A stretch of 64,000 nucleotides of DNA from Vulcanimicrobiota bacterium (GTDB lineage Bacteria; Vulcanimicrobiota; Xenobia; Xenobiales; JADMJV01). Under the pieces are notes generated by a model that made no database searches, was not told the DNA's origin, and was given only the letters and a program-made list of their open reading frames with translations. The translations under genes and the position numbers were made by a program. Location of the stretch: assembly GCA_050250895.1 (NCBI GenBank), contig JBFWNU010000002.1:375575-439574 (forward strand). The letters run 5' to 3'. Position 1 is the stretch's first letter; each line of letters starts with the position of its first letter. This document shows positions 44,679 to 58,323 of this stretch, piece by piece.

Positions 44679-47067
44679 GAACAAGCAAGGTATCGCCCTC
44701 TTCATCGCCATCGTGGTGGTGACGGTCTTGACCATCCTGGCCGTGAGCTTCGTGGCCCTCAACCGCCAGCACCTAAGGCTACTGAGCGTGTCTGACGCTC
44801 ATCTCAAGGCCGAGCAAGCGACTCGCTCGGGGGTGGAGTATGCTCGCATGCGGCTCGATTCTGATCCGGCCTGGGGGACTCCCAGCGGCACCAACCAGGC
44901 GTTAGCCGAAGTCGTGAACATGCCCGGCATGGTGGTCTTCGAAGGCGAGCGCGACGGCGTCTATCAGGTGGTCGGCGTATTGGCGGGCGGGCAGAGTTCC
45001 TTTCAATACCACTTTCAGTTGTCGGGCACCGACCTGGTCGCCTTTCAAGCCTTTACCGAAGCCTCTATCGAAGCCGCCCCGGGGAACCCCAACGCCTGGC
45101 AGACGGTCGACGTGGCCGCCAATATGAGTTCGGTCAATCACATGGTGGCGGGTCTGGCCGGAGGCGCCCTCCAGGTGCCTCGAACCTCGGGGCGAGCGCT
45201 GCCCGGCGGGTGCTCGAACCTGATCGTCATGGGCGGCTGCCAACAGGCCAGTCAGGTGCTCGATACGACCCTCAAGCGCGCCTTTATCGTGGACGCCTCG
45301 GCGCTTTCTGCCGGCCACCTGGTGGTGGCCACCAGCGGCGAAGGAACCTGGCAGATCCGCAGCCTCGACCCCACCGTAAACAAGGTGCGGGCTCGTCAGG
45401 ATATCGTGGCCCCGGCTCCTTCCAAAGTCGATTTCGGCACCGACCCTGGCTCAGGCGAGGCCGTCTCGACCGCCGACATCCTGGTCAGTGCCAGCGCCGT
45501 GCTCGACTCGGACGGGCACGTGATGTCGGTCAGCGGTAGCAGTCTGGGGACCAACCCGGCCCTCAAGAACTCGGCCGAAGCGGCCGCCCACGGAATCTTC
45601 ACCCCGAACTCCACCGGCAACTACGACCCGCCCGCCCTGACCGCCGATCAGCTGCGAGCGGCGCCAGGGGGAACGGCTACCATGGCCTCGGGTTTGTACC
45701 ACTTTGTGGATCCCACCACGGTCCACTATTTCTCCAGTCCCACTGCCAATCCGTCCGGCACCCCTGACGCCGTCTACACCGACACCATCCCCGATACTTC
45801 GGGCGCGGGCACGGCCGCCCATCTCAAGGATCGAAAGTTCATGGTCAGCGGCAATGTCGAGGTGGGTGGGGCCCTGACCATCAGCGGCGAGACGGGTAGC
45901 CGAGCCAGTCTCGCGTTAGGCTACGAGGCCGATGGCAGCCTCGGACCCGACTCCCGGGGCCGGCTCAAGGTCGACGGAGACGTTCGCATCCAGGGAGAGA
46001 CGGTGGGGCAGGGCACCCTCATCGCCCAGGACAGCGGCGACGTTACCCTGGAAGGAAACAGTGCCCTGTCGGCTTCTCCGACGGCTGGTGTGGCGGTCTT
46101 TGCCGAGGGCTCGGTGACCATGGAGCCCGTGCCTGGCTGGGTCGGGGGCGCTTCCACCGCCGAGGTCGATTGGGAGTTCTATCGTCAGGCTCTCGAGCAG
46201 AGTTCGGCCAACACGGCCTGGCAGTATGGGGCCGGTTCGCCCAATCTCGATCTGGACATGGCAGGTTCCTGGTCGGGTCCGGAACGAGCTGCCTTCGCTA
46301 AAGGAGACGACCAGCAGATCAATCCTTCGGCCGAACCCCGCGATCAACTGCTGATCACCAGCTCGTCTGACGCCAACTATCAGATGCTGATGGACCTGGC
46401 CACCGAGTTCGATGTCTATAACAACAACGAGATGACCTACAAAGACTACGACGACGGCAACGGCCTGGTACCCACCGGCTATGGCATCAAAGACCTCTTC
46501 GATGGCGCGGTCAACAACTATCTGGCCGGAAAATACGACAATTACCCCTTCGGCACCAACACCTTCGCGGCTGACCCCGGCATCACGCTGGCCCGCTACG
46601 AGCGCCTCAAGGACTTCCTGGTCAATTCCCAAAACGACATGGCCAACGCCCACGGCGCCTACTATGGCAATATCAGGGTCGACAACCTGCCCGACGGCTT
46701 CGACAACAACCGCATCGCCCGCGTCATCGACGACAAGATGGCGGTCTACATCAGCGAGGCGCTGCTGGGGGGCCGCACGCTTTCCCAATACTTCAGCGGC
46801 CCCAACCCCTACGCCGCCGTGGGACAGGACCCCCGCGACATCGACTTCAAAGGCCTGATCTACAGCCGCAACAACCTCTTCATCAAGGCCAACAACCACA
46901 ACTTCAAGGTCCAGGGCGGCCTGGTCGCGGCCGGTGGCGATCTGGTGATCCAGGGCGCCACCGGGGTCAACTTCACCTATGACCCCGCCTTCCTCGATAC
47001 CGTGCTCAACACTCTGGCCAGCGGCGACGTGAGCCGCATCCAGGTGGTCTACTACGCCCGACGCTGA
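44671..47067 (+). CDS. Large PilX-like pilus-tip protein
   Basis: KQG-IALFIAI (no E5), A.QA..SGVEYA; beta-rich body; C-terminal F.GLIY...GGLVA..G...YDP. Confidence 0.72.
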   Translation: MAKNKQGIALFIAIVVVTVLTILAVSFVALNRQHLRLLSVSDAHLKAEQATRSGVEYARMRLDSDPAWGTPSGTNQALAEVVNMPGMVVFEGERDGVYQVVGVLAGGQSSFQYHFQLSGTDLVAFQAFTEASIEAAPGNPNAWQTVDVAANMSSVNHMVAGLAGGALQVPRTSGRALPGGCSNLIVMGGCQQASQVLDTTLKRAFIVDASALSAGHLVVATSGEGTWQIRSLDPTVNKVRARQDIVAPAPSKVDFGTDPGSGEAVSTADILVSASAVLDSDGHVMSVSGSSLGTNPALKNSAEAAAHGIFTPNSTGNYDPPALTADQLRAAPGGTATMASGLYHFVDPTTVHYFSSPTANPSGTPDAVYTDTIPDTSGAGTAAHLKDRKFMVSGNVEVGGALTISGETGSRASLALGYEADGSLGPDSRGRLKVDGDVRIQGETVGQGTLIAQDSGDVTLEGNSALSASPTAGVAVFAEGSVTMEPVPGWVGGASTAEVDWEFYRQALEQSSANTAWQYGAGSPNLDLDMAGSWSGPERAAFAKGDDQQINPSAEPRDQLLITSSSDANYQMLMDLATEFDVYNNNEMTYKDYDDGNGLVPTGYGIKDLFDGAVNNYLAGKYDNYPFGTNTFAADPGITLARYERLKDFLVNSQNDMANAHGAYYGNIRVDNLPDGFDNNRIARVIDDKMAVYISEALLGGRTLSQYFSGPNPYAAVGQDPRDIDFKGLIYSRNNLFIKANNHNFKVQGGLVAAGGDLVIQGATGVNFTYDPAFLDTVLNTLASGDVSRIQVVYYARR

Positions 47068-47121
47068 TTCACCCCATCGGGTAAGGGGAAGGATTCGCTC
47101 GGCCTCGAAGGCTCGGCCGCA

Positions 47122-51717
<4,596 letters not shown>

Positions 51718-51724
51718 CCCCTGG

Positions 51725-52795
51725 CTAGCTGGCGCGGGGTAGGGGATGCAGGCTCTGCCAGCCGGCCATCATCGAGTCGACGAAGGAGCGACAGAAGGCG
51801 TTACCCCGCTGCGAGTGTCCCACCAGGTGATACTCGGCGCGCTCGACCGCCCACCAGAAGTCGCCCCGAGCCGAGGCGTAGAAGGCCAGCAGCTCGGGCA
51901 AGGCCAGCAACATGAGCAGCCCGGCCAGCAGGTTGTCTCCGTCGAGCAGGACCTTGCGATAGACGAGGTGGCGCAGGAAGCGCTCCAGCGGCTGGGTCGG
52001 CGGGGGACTCGATTGGCCGCGCGAGAAGGTGCGTCCGAGGGAAGGAACCTCCACCTCCGAGCCCTCGGTCAGCCGGGTGAAGTTGGTCCAGAAGTCCGGT
52101 TGACCACCCCATTCCAGCAGGCTGATCAGGCCGGCCGCCACCGACCAGCTCAACCAGCCGGTGAGGTCGTGCTCTGGGCCACGCAATTCCCGCTCCAGGG
52201 CCTCTCGCCAGGGAACGGCCCCGACGGACCAATCGCCCAGGGCCAGGAGCGCTCGTCCCAATCCGTGGCTAAGGTCAGGCTGAATCAGCAACCACCTCTC
52301 CAGGTCGCGATAATCGGGCCAGGCTAGACTGGCCTGCCAGACTTTGACCGGACCCAGAATATCGGGCGTTGAATTGCTGACCAGCTCTTCCAGTTCGCTG
52401 GCAAAGTCGGCCACAGGGCGGCCTTCGTTGCGCTGGACGGCCGGGCAATAGAACGACAGGCCGGCCACCACTCCGTCAGGTGTCGGCTGCAGGATGAACG
52501 GAAAGCCTCGGCATGGCCGGGGTTTGGCCCTGGCGCCCAGGCGGCTGTGCAGGCGGCAGAGCAGGTTTTCGTCGAGCATGACGCAGCGGTCGCCCTGATT
52601 GGTCAAGACCGTTTGACCGCGTACCATACCCAGAGCCGGTCGGTGAGTGTCTTGCAGAACCTCGAGGGCGAGGTAGCTTTGGCGCACGACTTTCTCGACA
52701 GGGGGCTCGACGACCACCTGCCAGCCCGCCGTGCAGCAACGGGCGCAGCCTTCGACGCATTCGAAGCGCTGGCCCTCGGGAAAGAGAAATTCCAT
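51725..52795 (-). CDS. YkgJ-family cysteine-cluster protein (FliB-like)
   Basis: FEC..CARCC, C..L....C.LH, KP..CR.FP, YCP; AAGGAG SD. Confidence 0.82.
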   Translation of the reverse strand: MEFLFPEGQRFECVEGCARCCTAGWQVVVEPPVEKVVRQSYLALEVLQDTHRPALGMVRGQTVLTNQGDRCVMLDENLLCRLHSRLGARAKPRPCRGFPFILQPTPDGVVAGLSFYCPAVQRNEGRPVADFASELEELVSNSTPDILGPVKVWQASLAWPDYRDLERWLLIQPDLSHGLGRALLALGDWSVGAVPWREALERELRGPEHDLTGWLSWSVAAGLISLLEWGGQPDFWTNFTRLTEGSEVEVPSLGRTFSRGQSSPPPTQPLERFLRHLVYRKVLLDGDNLLAGLLMLLALPELLAFYASARGDFWWAVERAEYHLVGHSQRGNAFCRSFVDSMMAGWQSLHPLPRAS

Positions 52796-52831
52796 GAGGC
52801 GCTCCTTGAGCTGAACAAAAGGGAGGTACAG

Positions 52832-53134
52832 CTAGATCAGGAGCGTAGCGGGGGGCGGCCTGCTGGCCAGCTTGTTGGGGAGGGGCGCCGGACCGGGAGG
52901 GTGCGAGGCCAGGGCCGCGGGGCACCATACCGGAGCAGCCGCGGGAGGAGAGAAGATGGCCGCCAACCAGGCGGTGTCGAAGCCCAGGGCGGTCCAATCG
53001 AGGTCGAGGCGAAACGAGAACGAGGATTCTTGATCGTCTACCGTAGTGGCCACGGCCGGCGCGCCCACCAGGCAGACCAGCAGGGCTCCGAGCAGAGCCC
53101 ACGCGATCAACCGATGGACGCGTGCGTTCCCCAT
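52832..53134 (-). CDS. Small exported leader protein ending in RPPP (candidate ribosome arrest peptide)
   Basis: Signal peptide, Pro-rich tail, ..SRPPPATLLI*; 36 nt upstream of the ykgJ-like gene. Confidence 0.6.
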   Translation of the reverse strand: MGNARVHRLIAWALLGALLVCLVGAPAVATTVDDQESSFSFRLDLDWTALGFDTAWLAAIFSPPAAAPVWCPAALASHPPGPAPLPNKLASRPPPATLLI

Positions 53135-53169
53135 CTGATGATGTTCGGCGTCAAGTCGGGTCAGGCCCT

Positions 53170-53355
53170 CTAGCTGACTTTGGGAAGTGTCTGATCCCCG
53201 ATACGAACTTCGTCTTCGAGCCATTCCACACTGGCGGGGTCAAGGCTGCCGGTCATCATTTGCTGGAGCTGCTCACGGTCGAACAACGTCCCTAGATGAT
53301 GGTGTAGCGAAGTGGCCGTGGCGGCGTTGCGATTCTGGGCCGCCCAGTGATGCAA
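53170..53355 (-). CDS. Small hypothetical protein or gene remnant
   Basis: AGGAGG just before TTG; C-terminus VEWLEDEVRIGDQTLPKVS. Confidence 0.35.
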   Translation of the reverse strand: MHHWAAQNRNAATATSLHHHLGTLFDREQLQQMMTGSLDPASVEWLEDEVRIGDQTLPKVS

Positions 53356-53393
53356 CTCCCTCCTGCGGATGAGTTGGAGGTGGACCGGTGAGA

Positions 53394-54674
53394 CTAGCTG
53401 GAAAGACCCCGGTTGTGAGCTGACTGACCATAGGCCCACAGGCGGGCTTGATTCGTCTTGCCGTGAGGATAGAACACGTTGGCGTCGGGCCCCTGGTCGT
53501 GCGGCTCTTTGCCTTTCCAGATGTTGAACTTTGTCTCTTCAGCGGCCTCGGCCAGCTGGGTCGATTGAGCGCCGGCTTTGGGAACCACGATCTCTGCGGC
53601 CGTCACCCAGGGTCCTGACCACTGTTCGCGACCATCGTTGGGGTCGTCTCCGGGTTGCATGAACTGCAGTTCGAATTTCCAGCGGGTTTCTTGCTGGGCG
53701 GTGCGAGCGTTGAACTCGTGGCTGAGCCGCTCGGCCGAGGTCGCTCCCTCGGCGGCGCCGGCCTCGACCGGGGCGGCCGGGGTGGCCCGCATCTTGACCA
53801 GGTAGTGGTTGCCGTCTTTGCCGGTCAGACGAAACGGCGCCCGGCTCCAGGCGGTCAGCTCGGCCAGGCTGTCGAGCTGGGTCTTCATGCGGCCGACATC
53901 GACCACCATCCGACCGGCCGTGAGCGGGCCCACTTCCCAGGCCATCTGAGCCAGACCGACCACCTTATTGGGATGGTCCAGCATGTTGAACAGAGCCAGC
54001 TGTGACTCGGGATCCCGAGCCTGTGACACCTCGGTGCGGGGGCTTCCGCCGGTCATCAGGATGTCGGTCACCTGACCCTGGTTGCCCACCAGCTCGAGGG
54101 CCATTCCGAACATGCTCTTGCCGTCGGGGTTAGCCTCGTTCGAGGCGTCCGACACCCGGATGAGCCCGCCCATCGAGGACAGGCCGAAGAGGTCGACCAG
54201 TTTCTCGAGGTTGGGGTTCCAGTGCATTTCGACAGGCCCACCGTGCAGCTGTTGATTGTGGACCAGCCGGTGCATGCACTGGCCGTCAGCGAGCTGGCGA
54301 TGCTGAATGTTGTCGATGCGCTCGCGGGTGAAGGCGCGCAGTTCGCCCTCGGCCTCGCCGCTCAGGGCGTTGTCCGGCACGTTGCGGGCGGCGCCGGCCA
54401 ATACTTCGGCCAGTTCGCGCTCGGAGGGCCAGGCCAGGCCGGCAGTGGTGGTGGGGGAGAACTTCTCGGGGGTCATAGAATCCTGCCAGGAGCCGTGCTC
54501 GACCAGGGACGGTTTGACCGCCTGCTGCATCGCCTCGAAAGCGGCGCGGGCGTGGGGGCAAGCGGCCAGCACCTCGGGAGTAAAGAGGTCGGCTGGCGGG
54601 CCTTGAGATGGAGTCGGGTGCGCGGCCCGTCGCGCGGGCGGCGTCATGGGTAGGCATTTGGCGCGGATCATCAT
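53394..54674 (-). CDS. Catalase-related heme protein (AOS/hydroperoxide lyase-like)
   Basis: RLVH...HG distal His, RVS, GMALE, WSRAPFRL, F.LQ, FNIW, N.ARLWAY proximal RxxxY. Confidence 0.72.
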   Translation of the reverse strand: MMIRAKCLPMTPPARRAAHPTPSQGPPADLFTPEVLAACPHARAAFEAMQQAVKPSLVEHGSWQDSMTPEKFSPTTTAGLAWPSERELAEVLAGAARNVPDNALSGEAEGELRAFTRERIDNIQHRQLADGQCMHRLVHNQQLHGGPVEMHWNPNLEKLVDLFGLSSMGGLIRVSDASNEANPDGKSMFGMALELVGNQGQVTDILMTGGSPRTEVSQARDPESQLALFNMLDHPNKVVGLAQMAWEVGPLTAGRMVVDVGRMKTQLDSLAELTAWSRAPFRLTGKDGNHYLVKMRATPAAPVEAGAAEGATSAERLSHEFNARTAQQETRWKFELQFMQPGDDPNDGREQWSGPWVTAAEIVVPKAGAQSTQLAEAAEETKFNIWKGKEPHDQGPDANVFYPHGKTNQARLWAYGQSAHNRGLSS

Positions 54675-54805
54675 AGCTCGTTCAGCCTAGGGCCCGGGGC
54701 TGAAAGCATGCTAAAAACGGCGCGATAAGGATACTTTCAGGCCCGGACGATAGCCTCATCCTGGTCCGCCACAACCACACCCATAAATAAGAAACAGAGA
54801 TACAG

Positions 54806-57136
54806 ATGAAGATCACGCCCATGCCCACGCCGGTTCGGCCCCTTGCTGCCCATGCTCAGGCCGAGAAACTTCTCGAACAGGGAAAGCTCGACGAAGCCGT
54901 CGCCCTCTTGACCGCCAATCCGAGCCTCGATTCGGATCCCCGCACTCGCGCCCTGCTCGGAGCGGCCTATTTTCGTCAGGAGAAATACCAGGCCGCCGCC
55001 ACCGCCTTCGAGGATGCCACCACTCTTGACGATACCTACGCCGGTCTGGCCGAACAAGCGCGCCAGAACCTGGCCACTGACATCGCCCATGACCACGCCG
55101 CCAATCCCTTTCTAGACGAGGTCGTCAAAGGGGCTCCCCGACCCGGCCCAGCCGCACCCGAAGTGGCCCGCGAGATTCCGGTGGCCCGGTCGGCCCTGGC
55201 CACCGGCCTGGCCGTGGCCGGCAAGATGGTGGGCGCCATCAGCGGAGCCGCGGTGGGAGTGGCCTGCCGACTGCTGGGCAACGAGAAGAAGGGCGAGGTC
55301 TGGACCACCTGGTCGCGCAAGAACTTCGTGCAGGGCCTCTTGATGCTCAAAAACCACCGCGACCGGCTCAATCACAACAATCTCTATGACACCTACCCCG
55401 AGGGCGAACTGACCGGCTTCGCCGAGCCCGGCCAAACCCAGCCCGAGTGGACCAGGTACAATCGCACTTTTGACGGCAGCTGGAACAATGCTGCCAATCC
55501 CAAAGAGGGCGCTGCTGGCACTCGCTTCGGGCGGATCGTGCCCCGCGAGAAGACCTTCCAGAACGAGAAAATGCTGATGGTGCCGAATCCTCGTCTCATC
55601 AGTCGTATTCTCCAGACGCGCAAGGACAATCAGGTCAAGGAAGTTCCCTTCCTGAACCTGCTGGCTTTGTGGTGGATTCAGATGGAGACCCACGATTGGG
55701 TGAGCCACGGTGACAACCGCAATTCGGACCTGATGCAAGTGCCGTTGGCCCCTGATGATCCCAAGCGCCAGCAGCTGCACATGACTCACATGCTGGTGCC
55801 CAAGACGGCCGACGACCCTACTCGCAAAGCCCACGAGGCCAACACTCCCCAGACCTATCTCAACGAGGTGACCCACTGGTGGGACGGCTCGCAGCTCTAC
55901 GGCTCGAGCGCCGAGAAGGCGGCCACCCTGCGCAGCTTCAAGGACGGCAAGATGGCCCTCGACGAAGACGGCAATCTGCCCGTGGGCAAAGACGGGGTCG
56001 AGATGACCGGATTCAATCGCAACTGGACCCTGGGTCTGGCCATGATGCACACGATGTTCGTCAAAGAACACAACGCTATCTGCGACATGCTCAAGGCGTC
56101 CTATCCCGAGTGGAACGACGACCAGCTCTTCCATAAAGCACGCCTGATCAACTCGGCTTTGATGGCCAAGATCCACACCACCGAGTGGACTCCGAACGTG
56201 CTGCCCAACAAGATGCTGCACTCGGCCATGCTGGCCAACTGGTATGGAGCTCTCACCAAGCTTTTCAAGCCCGAAACCCATCGCAAGGCTTTGGCCGACT
56301 TCAATATCGCCGACGAGGTCTCGGGCGGACTGGTAGGCAACAAGACCGAGAAATACGGCGTGCCGGCCTGGCTGAGTGAAGAGTTCGTCTCGGACTATGC
56401 CATCCTTCACTCGCTCTTGCCCGACACCCTGCAGATGAAGTCCATCGACGGAGGACCCACCAGCGAGGTCGGCCTCAACGACATTCGCCAGAAGAAGTCC
56501 CACCAGTTGATGAAGCAGTTCGGCCAGGCCAACGTCTTCCACTCGTTCGGCTGCCAGCATCCCGGTCAGCTAGTGCTCAACAATTATCCCAGCACGCTGC
56601 AGAACTTGTCGGTGCCGGGCTTTGGCTTCTTCGACATGGCGGCCGTGGATGTCTTGCGGGACCGTGAGCGCGGCGTGCCCCGCTACAACGAAATGCGGCG
56701 CTGCCTTGGGCTCGAGCCTATCCAGAGTTTCGAGGATCTCACCAGCGACCCCGAGACCCTGGCCGACCTCAAGAAGGTCTACAACTATGATATCGAGCAG
56801 ATCGATTTCAAGATCGGTTGCCTGGCCGAAACTCAGCGGCCCGAGAACTTCGGCTTCGGCGAGACGATGTTCACCATCTTCATTCTGCACGCTTCGCGCC
56901 GGCTTCAGGCCGACCGCTTCTTCACCGAGAGCTTCAACGCGGAGACCTATACCCCTGAGGGGCTGAAATGGCTCGATGAGAACGGCTCGAAGAGCGTGGC
57001 CATGCGCCACTATCCCGAGTTAGGCAAGACCGGGTTGGCCAATCACAACGTCACCACCATCTTCGAACCGTTCGACACCGATCCCGACCAACTCAACGAT
57101 CCGGCCCGCCATCCGCTCGCTTTCGTGCGTCGCTAG
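54806..57136 (+). CDS. Peroxidase-cyclooxygenase family heme protein (alpha-dioxygenase-like) with N-terminal TPR
   Basis: WIQMETHDW, THWWDGSQLYG, EHNAICD, AKIHTTEWTP, RDRERGVPRYN, ASRRLQADRFF. Confidence 0.9.
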   Translation: MKITPMPTPVRPLAAHAQAEKLLEQGKLDEAVALLTANPSLDSDPRTRALLGAAYFRQEKYQAAATAFEDATTLDDTYAGLAEQARQNLATDIAHDHAANPFLDEVVKGAPRPGPAAPEVAREIPVARSALATGLAVAGKMVGAISGAAVGVACRLLGNEKKGEVWTTWSRKNFVQGLLMLKNHRDRLNHNNLYDTYPEGELTGFAEPGQTQPEWTRYNRTFDGSWNNAANPKEGAAGTRFGRIVPREKTFQNEKMLMVPNPRLISRILQTRKDNQVKEVPFLNLLALWWIQMETHDWVSHGDNRNSDLMQVPLAPDDPKRQQLHMTHMLVPKTADDPTRKAHEANTPQTYLNEVTHWWDGSQLYGSSAEKAATLRSFKDGKMALDEDGNLPVGKDGVEMTGFNRNWTLGLAMMHTMFVKEHNAICDMLKASYPEWNDDQLFHKARLINSALMAKIHTTEWTPNVLPNKMLHSAMLANWYGALTKLFKPETHRKALADFNIADEVSGGLVGNKTEKYGVPAWLSEEFVSDYAILHSLLPDTLQMKSIDGGPTSEVGLNDIRQKKSHQLMKQFGQANVFHSFGCQHPGQLVLNNYPSTLQNLSVPGFGFFDMAAVDVLRDRERGVPRYNEMRRCLGLEPIQSFEDLTSDPETLADLKKVYNYDIEQIDFKIGCLAETQRPENFGFGETMFTIFILHASRRLQADRFFTESFNAETYTPEGLKWLDENGSKSVAMRHYPELGKTGLANHNVTTIFEPFDTDPDQLNDPARHPLAFVRR

Positions 57137-57139
57137 AGG

Positions 57140-57691
57140 CTATTCCATCTTCTGCGACAAGACCTTGTCGTGGACGCACCACCAATCGCCGTTGCGATAG
57201 GCCCAGGTGTCGATGGACTCGGTCGTCTGGACCACATGGTAGCCGGGTCGGTCAAAGGTGAGCACGGCCCGGGCCCGCACCTCGGCGGTATCGCCGCGCA
57301 CGTCGATCGACTCGATCGTCACCTGCGAGTTGACGATGACGTCATCGACCTGGGCGAACTGCGCTTGAATCTGCCGAAAGTCGGCCACGATTTGATCCCG
57401 GGTCTTGGTGCCGCTGGCATCGTCGACGGTAAAATCGTCGGCGATGTGGTCAAAAAGGCTCATGTCCATATCAGCCCAGGCCATGTCGATCTCCTGGTAA
57501 TACTGCCGGAGGGTGGACTCGGCCTCAGGGTGGGGCGGCACCTCGGGCTGGGCGGGGACGGCGGTGCGCGAGGCAGTCGGCCTCGGCGGCTCGGGCGCGC
57601 GACCTTTGCGAGGGACCAGCAGCAAGAGCCCGACTCCCACCAGGACCAGCATCACCAGGCCGGCTACCGATAAGAGGGTGGAACGATTCAC
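57140..57691 (-). CDS. Membrane-anchored NTF2-like (DUF4440/SnoaL) protein
   Basis: N-terminal TM; ADDF, I.V.GDTA.V, DTW....G.W pattern. Confidence 0.72.
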   Translation of the reverse strand: MNRSTLLSVAGLVMLVLVGVGLLLLVPRKGRAPEPPRPTASRTAVPAQPEVPPHPEAESTLRQYYQEIDMAWADMDMSLFDHIADDFTVDDASGTKTRDQIVADFRQIQAQFAQVDDVIVNSQVTIESIDVRGDTAEVRARAVLTFDRPGYHVVQTTESIDTWAYRNGDWWCVHDKVLSQKME

Positions 57692-58323
57692 AGTAGCTCG
57701 CTCAACCTTTCTGCGCCGAGAGTCTCGAGCACGGGATAAAGAGCTTTCTCTTCGCGTTCGACGTGGTGCTCGATGAGGTGGAAGAAATCGATTTCAAAGG
57801 CATCTCGCTCCTTTTTCGAGGCACCGGCCACGACCTTTTCGAGAAAACCTGGCAGTCGCCCGAGCCCCCGGCGGATGCCCTGGTGCTCGTAACTCAGCTC
57901 GCGGGTGGTGCGGGTGTCGCCGGTCACCTCTTCAAACAGTGGAAAGAGCAGGCGCTCTTCGATTTGAAGATGGTCCTCGAGCAGGCTCGTGAAGCGGTCT
58001 CGCACTCCGACATCGGTCGACTTTTCCACGGCCAGGCTGACCATCGAATGGTAAAGCCGTTCAAATTCCAAATGTTGTTCACGCAGGCCGTCGAGGGCGG
58101 GCTCGGCCTGACGCGGATGACTCAGCAGGTAGAAATAGGCGGAAGGGCCGTCCACCAGCGGCCAGCAGGTCCAGCTGCCTTCGAGTTGGGCCACCAGTTC
58201 GCGCAAAGGTGCAAAGGAGCGCACCAACAGGCTGGCTTGACCGGGCAGGGCGGCTGCCTGGTGGCGGAGTTGGCGACGGGCCTCGTCGGGGGGTTGGCGG
58301 CGCAAGTCGAGCTCGACTACCAC
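57688..58323 (-). CDS. Hemerythrin-domain protein
   Basis: H...EE..LFP, EH..I, H..REE..LYP motifs. Confidence 0.75.
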   Translation of the reverse strand: MVVELDLRRQPPDEARRQLRHQAAALPGQASLLVRSFAPLRELVAQLEGSWTCWPLVDGPSAYFYLLSHPRQAEPALDGLREQHLEFERLYHSMVSLAVEKSTDVGVRDRFTSLLEDHLQIEERLLFPLFEEVTGDTRTTRELSYEHQGIRRGLGRLPGFLEKVVAGASKKERDAFEIDFFHLIEHHVEREEKALYPVLETLGAERLSELL

